DNA of 64,000 bases, taken from the NCBI RefSeq assembly GCF_009914755.1, contig NC_060931.1. One strand, given 5' to 3'. Within the stretch, counting starts at the first letter, position 1. Every line of letters begins with the position of its first letter. The position numbers and the translations under genes were made by a program. The notes under the pieces are model-generated. The model was given only the letters and a program-made list of their open reading frames with translations, did not search any database and was not told the origin of the DNA. The stretch is from the human T2T-CHM13v2.0 reference genome, Homo sapiens. Shown here piece after piece: positions 1 to 12,811 of the stretch.

Positions 1-422
1 AAAACACCCTTCAGTTTTAACTGTTACTCGTGCTTCATGGAATTGATTAAAGTCATGTTAAAAGTCAAAAAGAAGTTTGAAAGAACATTTCCTGTTCCTG
101 CTGCACTGTATGCCTTATTCTCCATTAATGGCTTTTCTGCAAATTAACACATAATGGGTTAAAAGGATGTTTATGTTGGCATCAAACTCTGGCTTTTTTT
201 TTTTTTAAAGCAAGACAGTATTTTGCAAACTTTTGAAAGAATCTCTAGCAGATATAATCGTGGCGCCATTCACACGACTGCATAGTAGTTAGGGCTGTGT
301 CAGCACTTCCATTACGAACCTTGCGTTGCAAGGATTTATTACTCAGCCATAAAGATTTGCTCTGGGCTGAAACTTGACATACACAGTTTCAAACCAGGGA
401 ACACATTTTTGAGAAATCTGGC

Positions 423-447
423 TTTTTTTTTTTTTTTTTTTTTTTTT
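423..447. repeat. poly(T)25
   Basis: Read directly. Confidence 0.95.
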
Positions 448-3400
448 GGAGTGAAAAGGAAGAAAAAGGTGGTGAGGGGGACATGGGGAAAATAATCAGT
501 ACTCACTAACTTTTGACATTTTTGCCCACATGACATCAAAGTGCATTAAACACTAAAGAAATGCAGTCTTGATTTATTACTGTTTCACTTTTTTCTGCCA
601 TAGAGTAGGAAAAAAATCAGGTATATTTTAGCTTATAATCAAAGTTTAGAAAACTTCTATATGTCAGTGTCCTCATGTCTTCATGTTTAGAAATTCAAAA
701 CAATACAACTGGGAACCTAACATTTTTGTAAATACAAATCAACTCATAAACCTCACATTGACGTCAAAGAAAGATATCCTTCACTTTTAGTTTGGTTTGG
801 TTTCTTGCTGCTGTTTATGAACTGATTTCACTGTAAAATTCCCATGAGAGCCACTGTCCTTATTTAATCTAATGTTTTTCCTGGCTACATGGGTTTTATT
901 TTTTATCTCTTAGAGATCCTTGAAAAATATTTTTGAATAATTTTTATATTGAAATTTAAAGCAGCATCACTGAAACAAGTCAGGACATATTTGTAGTAGA
1001 TATTTTTAAAATATCTTTTAACAGAAATGAGATACTAAAAAACTCAGTATAAGTTGTGAACTTCATTATAAATTGTACATTTTTATAGAGGGAAAAAAAT
1101 CACAAGAAGGCAGAACCCAAAAGATATAGTTTAAAGTAGTATAAATTAATTAAAGAGAAACTGACAAAGTATACATTGAGGATAGCAGGAAAGGTCAAGA
1201 AAACACGGCAAATGAAATACAATCATGCTTGAAAGATTTATTTAAAAGTATTTTCATATAAAAAATAAGAAAAATTAACATTTCTACAATAAAAAGTGGA
1301 CCCTAAGTGAAATTTATATTCTATTGTAATTTTGCAGGCCACAAATTTGTAGAATTAGGCTGTCTTCTGAATTTCATGTATTCTGTAAAATTTCTTTCAT
1401 ACATGTTATTCAAATTCAATATAACTGGTTAAATTTTGGTAACTTTGAAAATTGTCTTATCATTTGGATTACATGTAAGTTACATCCATGCATTCTACTT
1501 TTCATAGTGTAGAATCTACTTCTTCTTAAAGAGCTCTTTAAATGCACAAAGTATTGTTAGCTGCCAGTTCTTGGCAGAAACACTCCATGTTTTGTGTTGT
1601 GAAAACAAAGAAAAAAAATCTGCTATAATAGTATTTTCTGCTTAACCTATAAGAAAAACTATTATCCATGCCCACATTTTGTTTTGGTATGCCCTTTGCT
1701 ATTAAATCCTATCTTTTTAATGCCATGAACTTGTTAAAAATAATTTATTAGATTCCAGGGATAGGGAAAAGCTGTAGAAACAGATACTTGAGGTAGAATA
1801 TGGCATCTATCTTGGAGTAAAACAATTCTGATTCTATTTGTTTATTCCTGTATTTTGAACTTTGTGGAATCCATTAATCAACCAATTTTCTTTCATGAAA
1901 TATGATGCCTGGAGAGGTTTTTATCTCTGAATACACCTTTTGGTTGTGGTTCCTGGATACTCCATTATGTTTTCATGATATTGAACAACACTTATCAATT
2001 TAAAGATCTTTGAGTATGGGTGGTTTTGTTTATTTAATCAAAAATTACTATGGCCCTATTTAATTAAGTTGAATATTGTTTATGACTTTTAAAAAGTACT
2101 CATCTGCACATGCATCTGATTATTTTGTGCTAACAAATCATGTCATTTGATCCCTGTTTGACATCAAAGCTTAATATAAAATGTATCTTTTGTTTGCTTC
2201 TGTAGCATTTTAATTTCAAGCCAAATATTGTATTGTCAATCATAATATCTGGAGAGGCTAGTGCTCCACCTACCTGAACTTGGCCTCTGCAAGCACACTT
2301 TGATCAGCCATTTATGTTTCTGTTAGAGAAGAAGTTGTGTGTCTTGAAAGCTGAGATCAAAGTGACAATAAGCTACAGGGAAGAAAAAAATTACAGAAAA
2401 TTACATAGATACCATTTTTTATTCAAGGTAATGGACCTGTAAGGAAAGATACAGGTGAAATAGAAGTGGCTCAAAAAGATAAACAGAGACTAGAAAGATT
2501 TTTTAATATCTTAAAAAATAAAGGAGAAAAATTCCTACTACTTTGTTTAATTTCAAGTGTGTCTCAAGTCATCTATTAACAGTGACCAAGGCCAAGTGAG
2601 TCTTTTTGAATAAGACATTCTTCTTGGCCTATAGTATTCTTGTTTAGTCAGGTTTATTCATTTATGTAACAGCATTAACCAAAACAAAATGGACTTAGTA
2701 GGGTTTGTTCCCCTTTTGCCTAGTTCCATTTTGTAGTTTTATTATATTCTGGAGTGAAATAATTCAAATGTCTCATTTACAGGAGTTTTAGAAAGCAGAC
2801 TAGTAAATTGCTACTTCATTAGTAATTATTGAAGCCCAGCATATTTAGCTTTAATTCTTAAACCAGACTTAAAGTTTAGGTATCATCCCCATTTCATAGA
2901 TAAAACTACTGCTCAAAGAGCTTCAGTGCATTGATTAACTAATCAAATCTAGCATATGGCAGGGTGCTTGATTGCAGGTTGGTGTCGTAGAGTTCTTTGT
3001 GTTATTTATGACCTCCACCTATTTCCCCACTACCTAGCCTAAGTCTGAGTGTGCATATTGTCTGATTCAGCATTTCACAAACTAGTGTCTCAGCAGCACT
3101 GCTCAGTAGAAGTTAATGGGGTCCTTGGAAAGTCTCAGTACACACTGGAATATTTAGGGCTCTGGAGACCTAGACAGCAAAGAAATATTTCTAATTTTAT
3201 TTAGGGCTGCTAGAAACTATGAGGTGGGGTGTGTTAGGAGAAATTCTTCTGCTATAATGGATGAATCACGTGTTGCCCTAATATTACCTGGAGAGCATTT
3301 CTTAAGGTGTGAACCAACTACATCAGGATCATTCTAGTTTCTTGTACAAATAGAGATTCTCGTGTTTCTCCAGACCCCCTGCCTCATGGTCTGGGGCAGG

Positions 3401-4699
3401 GAAGGGGAGGCTAGAAAGAGGGAGATGTTACGAACATTGGATCCACTGCCATGACTTGACTCTGTAGAAGGGCTTCTTGACACTACAGATTTCTTAGGCT
3501 TCAAGATACAATTAGTCCAATTATGTAACACTTTCATAAAATATTGTGCTACAGGTGATAGTACCTAAAAGATTCTTCTGACCATGTGGCCAGGTGGAAA
3601 TCGATTTTGTTGTTAGGATGGTTGTGGAAGTGCTTGGAAAACCCTGTAGGTGAGTGATTCCACCAGAGGCTCCACCTGTGATTGTAATGCACTACCCTCC
3701 TCCTGTAAGTTTAACTTCAGGAGCTTCTGTACTACTTACTGAAAGAGTAACCAATGAAAGGTTTATTGTAGGCTCTCTCCACCAGAGTTGAACTAGGGTT
3801 CCTGAAGAACCACAAAGGTTCAGCTGACAGTTTCTGCCCTTGATGGTTTTTTGGTCTGGGGAGTTCCTAATCCCTTCCCTAAGGTTTTATGTAAAACTCT
3901 CAATTGAAGGAATGGTTTATGTAACCAAATGCTGACTCTAAGGTGAGCTCACTTTCAGAAACTATGACATGCTACTAGTTATTTGATCTCTTTGTCTCAT
4001 TTTTTATCTTCAAATTTAGTTTGATAAGATTAATCATACCAGAAAAGTAAGGCAGAAAAACAATTGTGGGTTGTTTTATAGAAGCATGTATTTGTTCCAT
4101 GTGTTTGTTTAAAAGCAGAAGATCTTGAGTGAAAGCAGGTTTGGAATGATATATCTCTGCTTTTGAATATAATTTATATAACAATCAGTCAGCCTTACCA
4201 ACTAACCATTTAAAATAAAATGAATTTATGAATTTACTCAGTAGAAAAAGGAAAGGTACTATGAGGATCATATTATAGAGTGTTCCTAATTATTTAATAT
4301 TGCCAGCTTGACAATAGTACAATAGCATAATAGCATATATAAATACATAGTTTTGTGAATTTATCTATTATGCCATATTTAAGCTGTTTTTCAAGTTAAA
4401 AAAAACATTTAGAACTGATTGCTAAAAACACACCAATCTATTTTTATTTGTAATCTTCTTCAACTCTTCAAAATAATAATTAGACCAAATATGCAATCTT
4501 TTTGTGGGGACATCTGCAGAAGCCTTTGGTGTGAATTTGTAAATAATTTAGAATCAATATTAGCAATGATTTGTTTCACTGTGTCTTGCCACTCGTTTGA
4601 TAAGCAGTCTCTCTCAAGAATTGGGTTCCTCTTGATAAGTTTTAATTGTCACTTTTTCTTCCCTAACAATCTCTTTTACAAAAAAATAAATAAATAAAG

Positions 4700-4862
4700 C
4701 CCCTCCAAGAGAGTTGACAGAGGAAGAAAAACAGCAGATCCTTCATTCAGAGGAATTTCTCATCTTTTTTGACCGGACAATACGGGTAATTGAAAGAGCC
4801 CTGGCTGAAGATTCCGACATCTTTTTTGACTACAGCGGCCGAGAGTTAGAGGAAAAAGATGG
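4700..4862 (+). CDS. DYNC1I1: DYNC1I1 internal coding exon (probably exon 8), 163 nt, helical region before the WD40 domain
   Basis: AG at 4698-4699; reads (A)[53 protein letters not shown](G); donor GTTAGT at 4863; matches recalled dynein IC1 sequence and phase joins the next exon. Confidence 0.96.
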
Positions 4863-5905
4863 GTTAGTCTCTTGTGTGCATTCTTTAAAAAATAGCGTAA
4901 GTTATCTGTTAATTCTAATTTATTTATGTTCTGACTAGGAAAATTCCAAATTAAGAAATCAGAGGAGGGTGAAATTTTGGAATTGATCTTGCTGAACAGC
5001 TTTGACTATGGGCTTTGGTGATAACTTCTGGCTTAGAGCTTCCTTGTAATTATCATGTGCTTCTGTGAAATGCTTTTGAACTTGGTATCTGGGGAACAGT
5101 CCAGGTGATAGAGACTGGCAGAGTCACATGCATTATCCTCTGAGAAAACATTCTTTTGAGCAGCAAAGGAGATTCATGTTGTATCTACTAGATTTATTCC
5201 TGATGTCCAAGCAAATAGGAAATTGAAGAAAATAAACATGAGGTGTGGGAGAAGTTAACTGATGTGTGTAATGATGAACAGAGACTGGAAAATGTTTCCT
5301 TTTTTTGGTATCATGAAAGTATGCATATGTGTATATGCCTTTTAGGAAACATATTAATATATGTAAGAATATATTTCCAGGCAAAACAAAACTAATCAAT
5401 AAAAGCAAGTGTCCCTAAATGACTTCCTCTGTGACTGTAGCATAGGTATTAGAAAAGGCCATGACTGTCAACCATCATCCTGGGGAGAATAGGAGGGACT
5501 ATATGAGCCTTATAAACATAAATATAGCTGTTCTTAGCCACAGATCTCTTTTGGCCAAGAATGATATGTGAAGGTAGGGTCATTTGCCTTTTTCATCAGG
5601 CCTGATTTTTTTTGCCATTTCTAAAATCCAAATACATTCTTAAAGGACGATATCTTATCATCATTGAGGATGCTCAAGGGAATGTAACAGAGGCATGAAA
5701 ACCAATTTCAAAAGGGAGTCCTGTACATGTTCTCAACAGTAGGCAGCATCTTTAGACTACCTTGAAGAAACAACAGTATTTTGAATATAGATGCTCTACA
5801 ATCTTTGTGTTTTTTTGAAAAGCCATTTTTCTATGACTTTCTTGATTTTGTTGGTCCTATTTCCCTCTGTGTGCCTGGCTCAGTATTATCCTAGGCTCCT
5901 GGCAG

Positions 5906-5908
<3 letters not shown>

Positions 5909-5960
<52 letters not shown>
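5909..5960. repeat. (GT)26 microsatellite
   Basis: Perfect dinucleotide run. Confidence 0.98.
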
Positions 5961-5962
<2 letters not shown>

Positions 5963-6952
5963 CTCCTGAGTTTGCAATGGCGGAGCTGAGGAAGGGTTAA
6001 CAGAAAAAAAAATGTCATATTAGGTTTACTAATTAGAGCCCAAATAACTTGTTGGAAGCCAGGTCACCCAGTCTGAACAAGAGCCATATAAGTTAAGTGA
6101 TGCAGGGCGCAAGCCAGCAGTTGAAGCAAATGAACAGAGGAAAGGTGGGTGTAGAAGAATTTCTGAACCAAAGCCCAAGCAACTTAGGCAGCTTTTTATG
6201 CAGATCCCGTAGTTCCTGGTCCAGAACAAACATTACTCGATGTAAATACTCAGCTTGTGGAGCAGCTGCATAACCAGCACTGAGTTCCTTGAAGGAGGTG
6301 TTATGGCCAGTTGAGTGTCAGCCAAGTAAACACTGGCTAAAGTGTAATCCTCCTAGATTCAGATGCTGTTTTGGTCCATGGCAGAAGTGATAAGTATCTG
6401 GAACATATCTGGTGAATCCTCCACTGTCTACCACGCCTGTCTCATGGTAGAAATTATCACTTACTATTGAGTGAGGAGGCTACTGCTACAGCCTGTCAGC
6501 ATTTACAAGTAAATAAAAACATGCATATCATTTCCGGTCTAAGGACAAATAAGGTAGTATCGATATCAAAGAATCCTCTGGTGTGCTGTGCTCCCTTGAT
6601 AGCAGAGATTTCTAATAAGCCCTGCTTCAGGCCAGAGCCTTTCAGGGAGAGGCTCTGGCCTGAACCAGGGTTGGAGAAAGCTTGGGACTGGTCAAGATGG
6701 GAACTTGAAACAAATCTGACATTTCATAACAGTCTTGGAACGACATGGAAACCCTTGCCAGGTCAGGTTAGAAAGAGCTTTTCATAAAGAAGACCATCTT
6801 TAGTTCATTAATTTTGATCAGGGTATGTAGTCTAGATTAACATTTTGGCCTCAGAGAGTATTGTGTGCCAGGCTTTTGCCATATCAGTGCTTCTATATGA
6901 GCAGCATAGAGAAAGAGCTCCATATTTATCTCTGATGTTTAAATCCTCCTAG

Positions 6953-7052
6953 GGATGTTCAGGCTGGAGCCAATCTTTCTTTCAATCGTCAGTTCTATGA
7001 TGAACATTGGTCCAAGCATCGAGTGGTCACTTGTATGGACTGGTCCCTCCAG
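6953..7052 (+). CDS. DYNC1I1: DYNC1I1 coding exon (probably exon 9), 100 nt, start of WD40 domain
   Basis: tcctcctAG at 6951-6952; (G)DVQAGANLSFNRQFYDEHWSKHRVVTCMDWSLQ; donor GTAAGA at 7053. Confidence 0.97.
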
Positions 7053-7299
7053 GTAAGAATTATTGCTGGGCTGGGACAAACTGGGCTTGTGTTCTCGTGG
7101 CATTTGTATAAAAAAATAAGAGATTTGTTTACTTGCCTACGATTTCCTCTCTATGCCTGTTGGTTTTTTTCCCCTCATTTTATTGAGGTTTCAGTTTCAA
7201 TTCTCTACTCAGTTATTTGTATTTATTGAGTACCTACTATGTGCTAGGTACCAAACAAGAAGCCAGATTGTTCTGTCCATGAAACTATTCCATTAAGAT

Positions 7300-7980
7300 T
7301 ACCACTGATTTCCTACTTGTCAAATCCTGTGGATATTTTTAATCCCACATCTGTCCTGACCTTTCTTTGTCAAGCAGCTTAGTCAGCTTCCTTGTGCCTA
7401 TAGAAACATCCTCTTTCCATTGAATTCTCACTACTCCTCTCTACTGTCTCCTAGTTCTCTGACTTCTCCAGGATTTCTTTTTCCTCTGACCATCCTTGAG
7501 GTCCCTGTGGTCATGCTCTCAACCCCTGCTCTTCTTCCTGATGTGCTCTCTGCAGGAGATCTCTTCCACTGCTAAGGATTCAACCACGAACAGCCTATTT
7601 ATATCTCCCGCCCAATCTCCCTGCTGAATTTCACTTTGTACACCAGACAGAGCCACTATTCTAGGTGTCCCATAGAATCTTAAATGAATTAGTAACTCAT
7701 TATTTTCATATATCCCAAATCCTTTTTTACCTGTTATATGATCTGTATGTTAAAGGCACCACAATATACCCAAAAGCCTAAAGCAGAACTTTCATCAACA
7801 TTGCCAACTTCCTCTTCTCTTCCAGACCCAGTCTGTCACGAAGACTTTCCATGTCTTCACTCATGTATTCATCATCTAATACTATTCTTAACCTTCAAAC
7901 TGATATTTCTACCTTCATGCTTGTCCACATACAGTTTTCCCCTGGAGAAATCTACCCAAACAATCTTTCTAAAATAAAAA
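7300..7980 (+). mobile_element. L2 fragment (approximate limits), interrupted by the Alu at 7992
   Basis: Pyrimidine-rich degenerate L2-like sequence (ttgtcaaatcctgtggatatt..., tttatatctcccgcccaatctccctgctgaattt). Confidence 0.55.
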
Positions 7981-7988
7981 TCTGATCA

Positions 7989-8291
<303 letters not shown>

Positions 8292-8419
8292 CTAGACCAA
8301 AACTCCCCATTGCCCGTAGAAAAGAAGTCTAAGCCCATCAGTGTGGCATTCAGAGTGAAAGCAGGCAAATTTACCAAAAGCCAATTTGCTGAATGGCCAA
8401 CTCAACTAGTTGACAATAT

Positions 8420-8530
8420 ACCGGGCACTGAGTAGGTAAGTAACATGCAAAGGCACACAGCCTAGTGTGGTGACATCAGAATTTGAACCTAAGCATCTGA
8501 TGCCTGAGCCCACATTCTTAACAACAATGT
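8420..8530 (-). mobile_element. MIR fragment
   Basis: aagtaacatgcaaaggcacacagc...agaatttgaacctaagcatctgatgcctgagccc resembles the MIR core. Confidence 0.65.
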
Positions 8531-8669
8531 TCCTTCCTGCAATAACACTGACATAAGAACAGTGAGAGAAGCAGGAATGATTACTCCTAAGCATTTATGC
8601 ACAGCACAGTTTCTGCTTTCTTGTTGTCAATGCTTTTATTGGGAATAATAGTCATAGCTAGCTTTTAAT

Positions 8670-8905
8670 TTATTTTTCTTATATACAAAGCACCATGATA
8701 GCTGCTATGAAGGCTTTCTTATTTCCCCCTCACAACAATCATATGAGGCAGCCACCCTTACTATTTCCATGACATATTTGAAGAAGTTGAGGCTCAGAGA
8801 AGCTAAGTAACTTGCTGAAAAATCACTCAACTAGGGTATGGTATAGTGGGGATTTATACCAAAGTATTTTAGCATCCCGTGGCATATGCTCTTAACCACT
8901 GCCTC
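8670..8905 (-). mobile_element. MIR
   Basis: ctcacaacaatcatatgagg...gaggctcagagaagctaagtaacttgc...tgctcttaaccact. Confidence 0.75.
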
Positions 8906-10499
8906 TCACAAAGAGCTTCTGGATCTGAAACTAAAAGAGCTTGTAAAGGTGCAGAATGATATGGGGCAGATAGCAAGTGCTCTCAAAGTTCAGTGGAGGT
9001 TGGAATCTGTCTCTGGTCAGACAGAGCTTCTCAGAAGACTGGGATTTAGACAAATGGAGGGGAGAAGAGGGTGTTCTAGGCAGAGCTATAAAATGGTAAG
9101 TCCCAATTAATCCTATTGGAGAACAGGGGAACAAAAGAGGGGTGTAATTCCCCACAACTAGACCCTCATCAGCAATAAAGTGGGTGAATGTTCTCTCCTC
9201 TTGAATTCCTTTTTGTATCCAAACAACAAAGCACACAGTGAGTGATCTTGCAGAGACGAAGACAAGCAGGGTTTGCCCAACCACTTTCCACCAGTGTGTG
9301 GGTGGTCTCTGAGCATGCTTGAGTGTGTGCACAGAAATCAGATCCAAGCCTGAGGAAACACTTAGCTCAGCTTGTTCACTTGTTCAGAGTTGGGGAATTA
9401 CACAGGAACCTTATCTGACACATTCCTCAAAGGCAACTACAACCTTGTTCCCGGGTCAGCTGATAACACTCCCTGAGGAGGCACGGGGTGGGGCTGGTCC
9501 CGCCTTGCCTCAGTAGGTGATGGGCCACATTGCCTGTGGAGGTGTTTCCACACAGGGTCTCGCATGATGTTTGTGTTGGAGGAAGTGAAGTTGGAAATAA
9601 CAGAAACTCTACCATGGAGAGACCACATTTATTTTCCCCTATTTTTGTGTGACCTGCCTACCTACGCTGTGGGGAAGAGGTTTGCAATTTTGAAAAATGT
9701 GTTGTATATGAGGCGTAAGAAAAAGAGATTAGAACCCTCACCTCCTGCATCACAACACTGTTGAGGGGTTCAAAGGACCAGGATTACATACTTATGGGAT
9801 AAAGAGACTTTTTGATGGATTTAGATGCAATCGAATGATATTAAGAAAGAAGAGAGATAGAGGAACAGTCTTGGTGTGCAGTGGTGGCGTGTGTGTCTAG
9901 GATGATTTCCTGAATGTAACAGAATAGAACTGAGAGGAGAAAAAGAAAGAAATTATAAGGTCTCAGCATAGCTTTCCTTTGATCTCCTGGGCTTCTTAAA
10001 CCAGAACACTTTAACTTTGAAATATTTACAAAATATCATCAAACATCATTCCTTGGAAGAAATCTGGGAAGCTGGAGGATTATGTCAACTTTGTCACCCA
10101 TTGAACATTATTTAACACAGTCAGTCAATAATACTATCACATACCACGTGACAGTTTTCAGATGTGTGCAGAATCAGACTCATGATCTTACTCCCACCAT
10201 GTATACTCACTCCTCTCACATGTACATTGCATCTTCCACTCCTGCAGTCATCCAGGATGCAAACCTGAGTAATCTTTGGCAACTCAGTTAGTTGCTAAAT
10301 CCAATCAAATTTACAACAGCAAAAAGATTACTATTGACACCAGTGCCAATCCACGAACATGGATTTGACACCTACTTTATGTCATGCCCTCTACTTCTTG
10401 CTTATGTTAGGAAACAGCGTCTTACTGGTCTCCCTACTGTCAGTCTCTATAAGGTTAAGTCAGTATAAGTACTTTTACCTGGTTAATCTTTGTAAAGAT

Positions 10500-11015
10500 T
10501 ACTTATACACTCTGTATCAACTTGGGCAAATTGCCTAACTTCTCTTGGCTTAAGTTTCTTCATTCATGAAATGATAATAATACCTAGCTCACACACTTAT
10601 TGTGAGTGTTAAATGAATTAATGCATATAAAGGAATGATAATTTGGCTGGACACAGTGGCTCACACCTGTAATCCCAACACTTTGGGAGGCCACAGCAGG
10701 AGGATCACTTGAGCCCAGGAGTTCAAGACCAGCCTGGGCAACATGGCAAAACCCCATCTCTACAAAAAATACAAAAATTGGCCAGGCATGGTGGTGCATG
10801 CCTGCAGCCCCAGCTATGTGGGAGGCTGAGGTGGGAGGATTGCTTGAGCCTGGAGGCAGAGGTTGCAGTGAGCTAAGGTCTCATCACTGCATTCAAGGCT
10901 GGGAGACAGATCAAGACCCTGTCTTTAAAATAAAATAAAATAAAATAAAATAAAAATAAAGGACTAATAATTTTAAAAGTGTCTGGTGCATAAGAAGTAC
11001 TTGATAAATGTGACA
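10500..11015 (+). mobile_element. MIR split by the AluJ at 10645-10960
   Basis: cttgggcaaattgcctaacttctct...aataatacct...ttaaatgaattaatgcatataaag [Alu] gtgtctggtgcataagaagtacttgataaatgt. Confidence 0.7.
10645..10960 (+). mobile_element. AluJ with (TAAAA)n tail
   Basis: J-type ggaggatcacttgagcccaggagttcaag and ggtgggaggattgcttgagcc; TSD aaagga(a/c)t(g/a)ataattt. Confidence 0.95.
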
Positions 11016-11751
11016 TAGTAGTGAGAAGAGCAGTAGCAGTATTATCATTAGTTGCAAAGTGTGACTTCTATTGTCCCCCAGAATAAAATCTAAAATCATT
11101 AGCCTGTGTTCAGTGACTTCCGTGATGATGCCCTGAGGCATTTCCAGGCCTTTCTTCTTTTATACATCTTGATATAGCCTGCCTCCTAGCCACATATTAA
11201 TACTACAACCTGATGTCTATTGGACATATTCTTCTTCACTGTATTGGTCAAAAAGACTTCACCTTTGGCTAGGTTAAGTAGACAGAGGAATTTACTGGGG
11301 AGCCATTATAGTAGTTAGGGAATTCATGAAAAAGATGAAGAACTAAAACTTAGAAATATTAGGAATCTGGGCAGCCCGAGGGACCTCACCAACAGGCTGC
11401 TGTCCTTATCCAGACCCCTTTGCCAGCTCCCAGGTCCTGTGTCTCAGTTCAAAGTTTACAATATTCTGGTTAGAGAACGCCTTTGGCTCAGCTGGGTCAA
11501 GTATCAACCCTGCAATTAATTAATTATCCCTGGGAAGTTAGGCTTCTGTTGACTGGGGTAATCTCCAAAGAGAGAGATTCACATGAACCAGGCAGATACC
11601 AAGAGGGGTCTCCTGCACCCCTCTTTGGACTCTTGTCCCTGCTGTCATCTGTCCTAATAACCTACCCACTTGACAAGGCTCAAGGTCTCATTTCTTCTGA
11701 GAAATCCCTTTCAATTTCTCTTCCTGCCACACCCCACACCAGCTTCCATGC

Positions 11752-12051
11752 TTATTTATTTATTTATTTTGAGATGGAGTCTCACTCTGTCACCCTAGCT
11801 GGAGTGCAGTGGCATGATCTCCCCTTACTGCAACCTCTGCCTTCTGGGTTCAAGCGTTCTCGTGCCTCCCCATCCCGAGTAGCTGGGATTACAGGAGCAA
11901 GCCACCAGGGCTGGTTAATTTTTGTATTTTTAGTAGAGACGGGGTTTCACCGTGTTAGCCAGGCTGGTCTTGAACTCCTGACCTCAGGTGATCCACCCTC
12001 CTCGGCCTCCCAAAGTGCTGGGATTACAGGCATGAGCTAGCATACCTGGCC
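11752..12051 (-). mobile_element. AluS (Sx-like)
   Basis: Full dimer, (TTTA)n tail, TSD ccatgctt. Confidence 0.95.
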
Positions 12052-12269
12052 CCATGCTTCTACAGAACCTTGCTTCTGCCTCTGTCTTAGCACTTGTCAT
12101 GGTCTGCTTTTTTATTTGTCTTGTAGTTACTTCTACGTGTGTCTTACCTCCCTCCATCTAATGATAAGTTCCTATAGAGAAGAGCCTATTATTCAGGGCA
12201 TTCATGTCACATATTTTACCTGTCATGGTGCCTTACATATTTATAGGGGACACTTGAGGCATGCCACAG

Positions 12270-12490
12270 CAGACAGGAAAGGAGAAGGCTTTTGAAGCCC
12301 AACAGACTTTAAGTGGGGTTCTTGCTTTATCACTTATTAGCAACATAGCATGGAATATGTTATTTAACCCAGGACTCTGGGTTTCTTTGTCTGTGGAAAT
12401 GAGTAAACCATTGCCTACCTTAGAGGGTTATGAGGACCAAATGAATTAACATATCAGTGTCTGGTTCATAACGGGCACTTAAAACATGAT
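12270..12490 (+). mobile_element. MIR
   Basis: gttatttaaccc...tttctttgtctgtggaaatgag...cctaccttagagggttatgaggaccaaatga. Confidence 0.65.
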
Positions 12491-12517
12491 GGTTCCTTCC
12501 TCTCCAGTAAATGCTAG

Positions 12518-12811
<294 letters not shown>

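Noticed and set aside
3640-3656. TAG|GTGAGT as a recursive splice site
   Set aside because: No polypyrimidine tract; I found no convincing recursive site in the 32-kb intron either
4714-4938. ORFs 4714-4938, 7023-7229, 52519-52725 and 59019-59306 as standalone genes
   Set aside because: They are DYNC1I1 exons read through into intron
8931-9347. 138-aa minus-strand ORF; similarly 29162-29524 and 50556-50933
   Set aside because: No recognisable domain or exon structure; length compatible with chance in six frames over 64 kb
11483-12040. 185-aa ORF, the longest in the track
   Set aside because: Its C-terminal half is translated antisense Alu (ESHSVTLAGVQW...[10 protein letters not shown]) and it starts at TTG; no sign of a real gene
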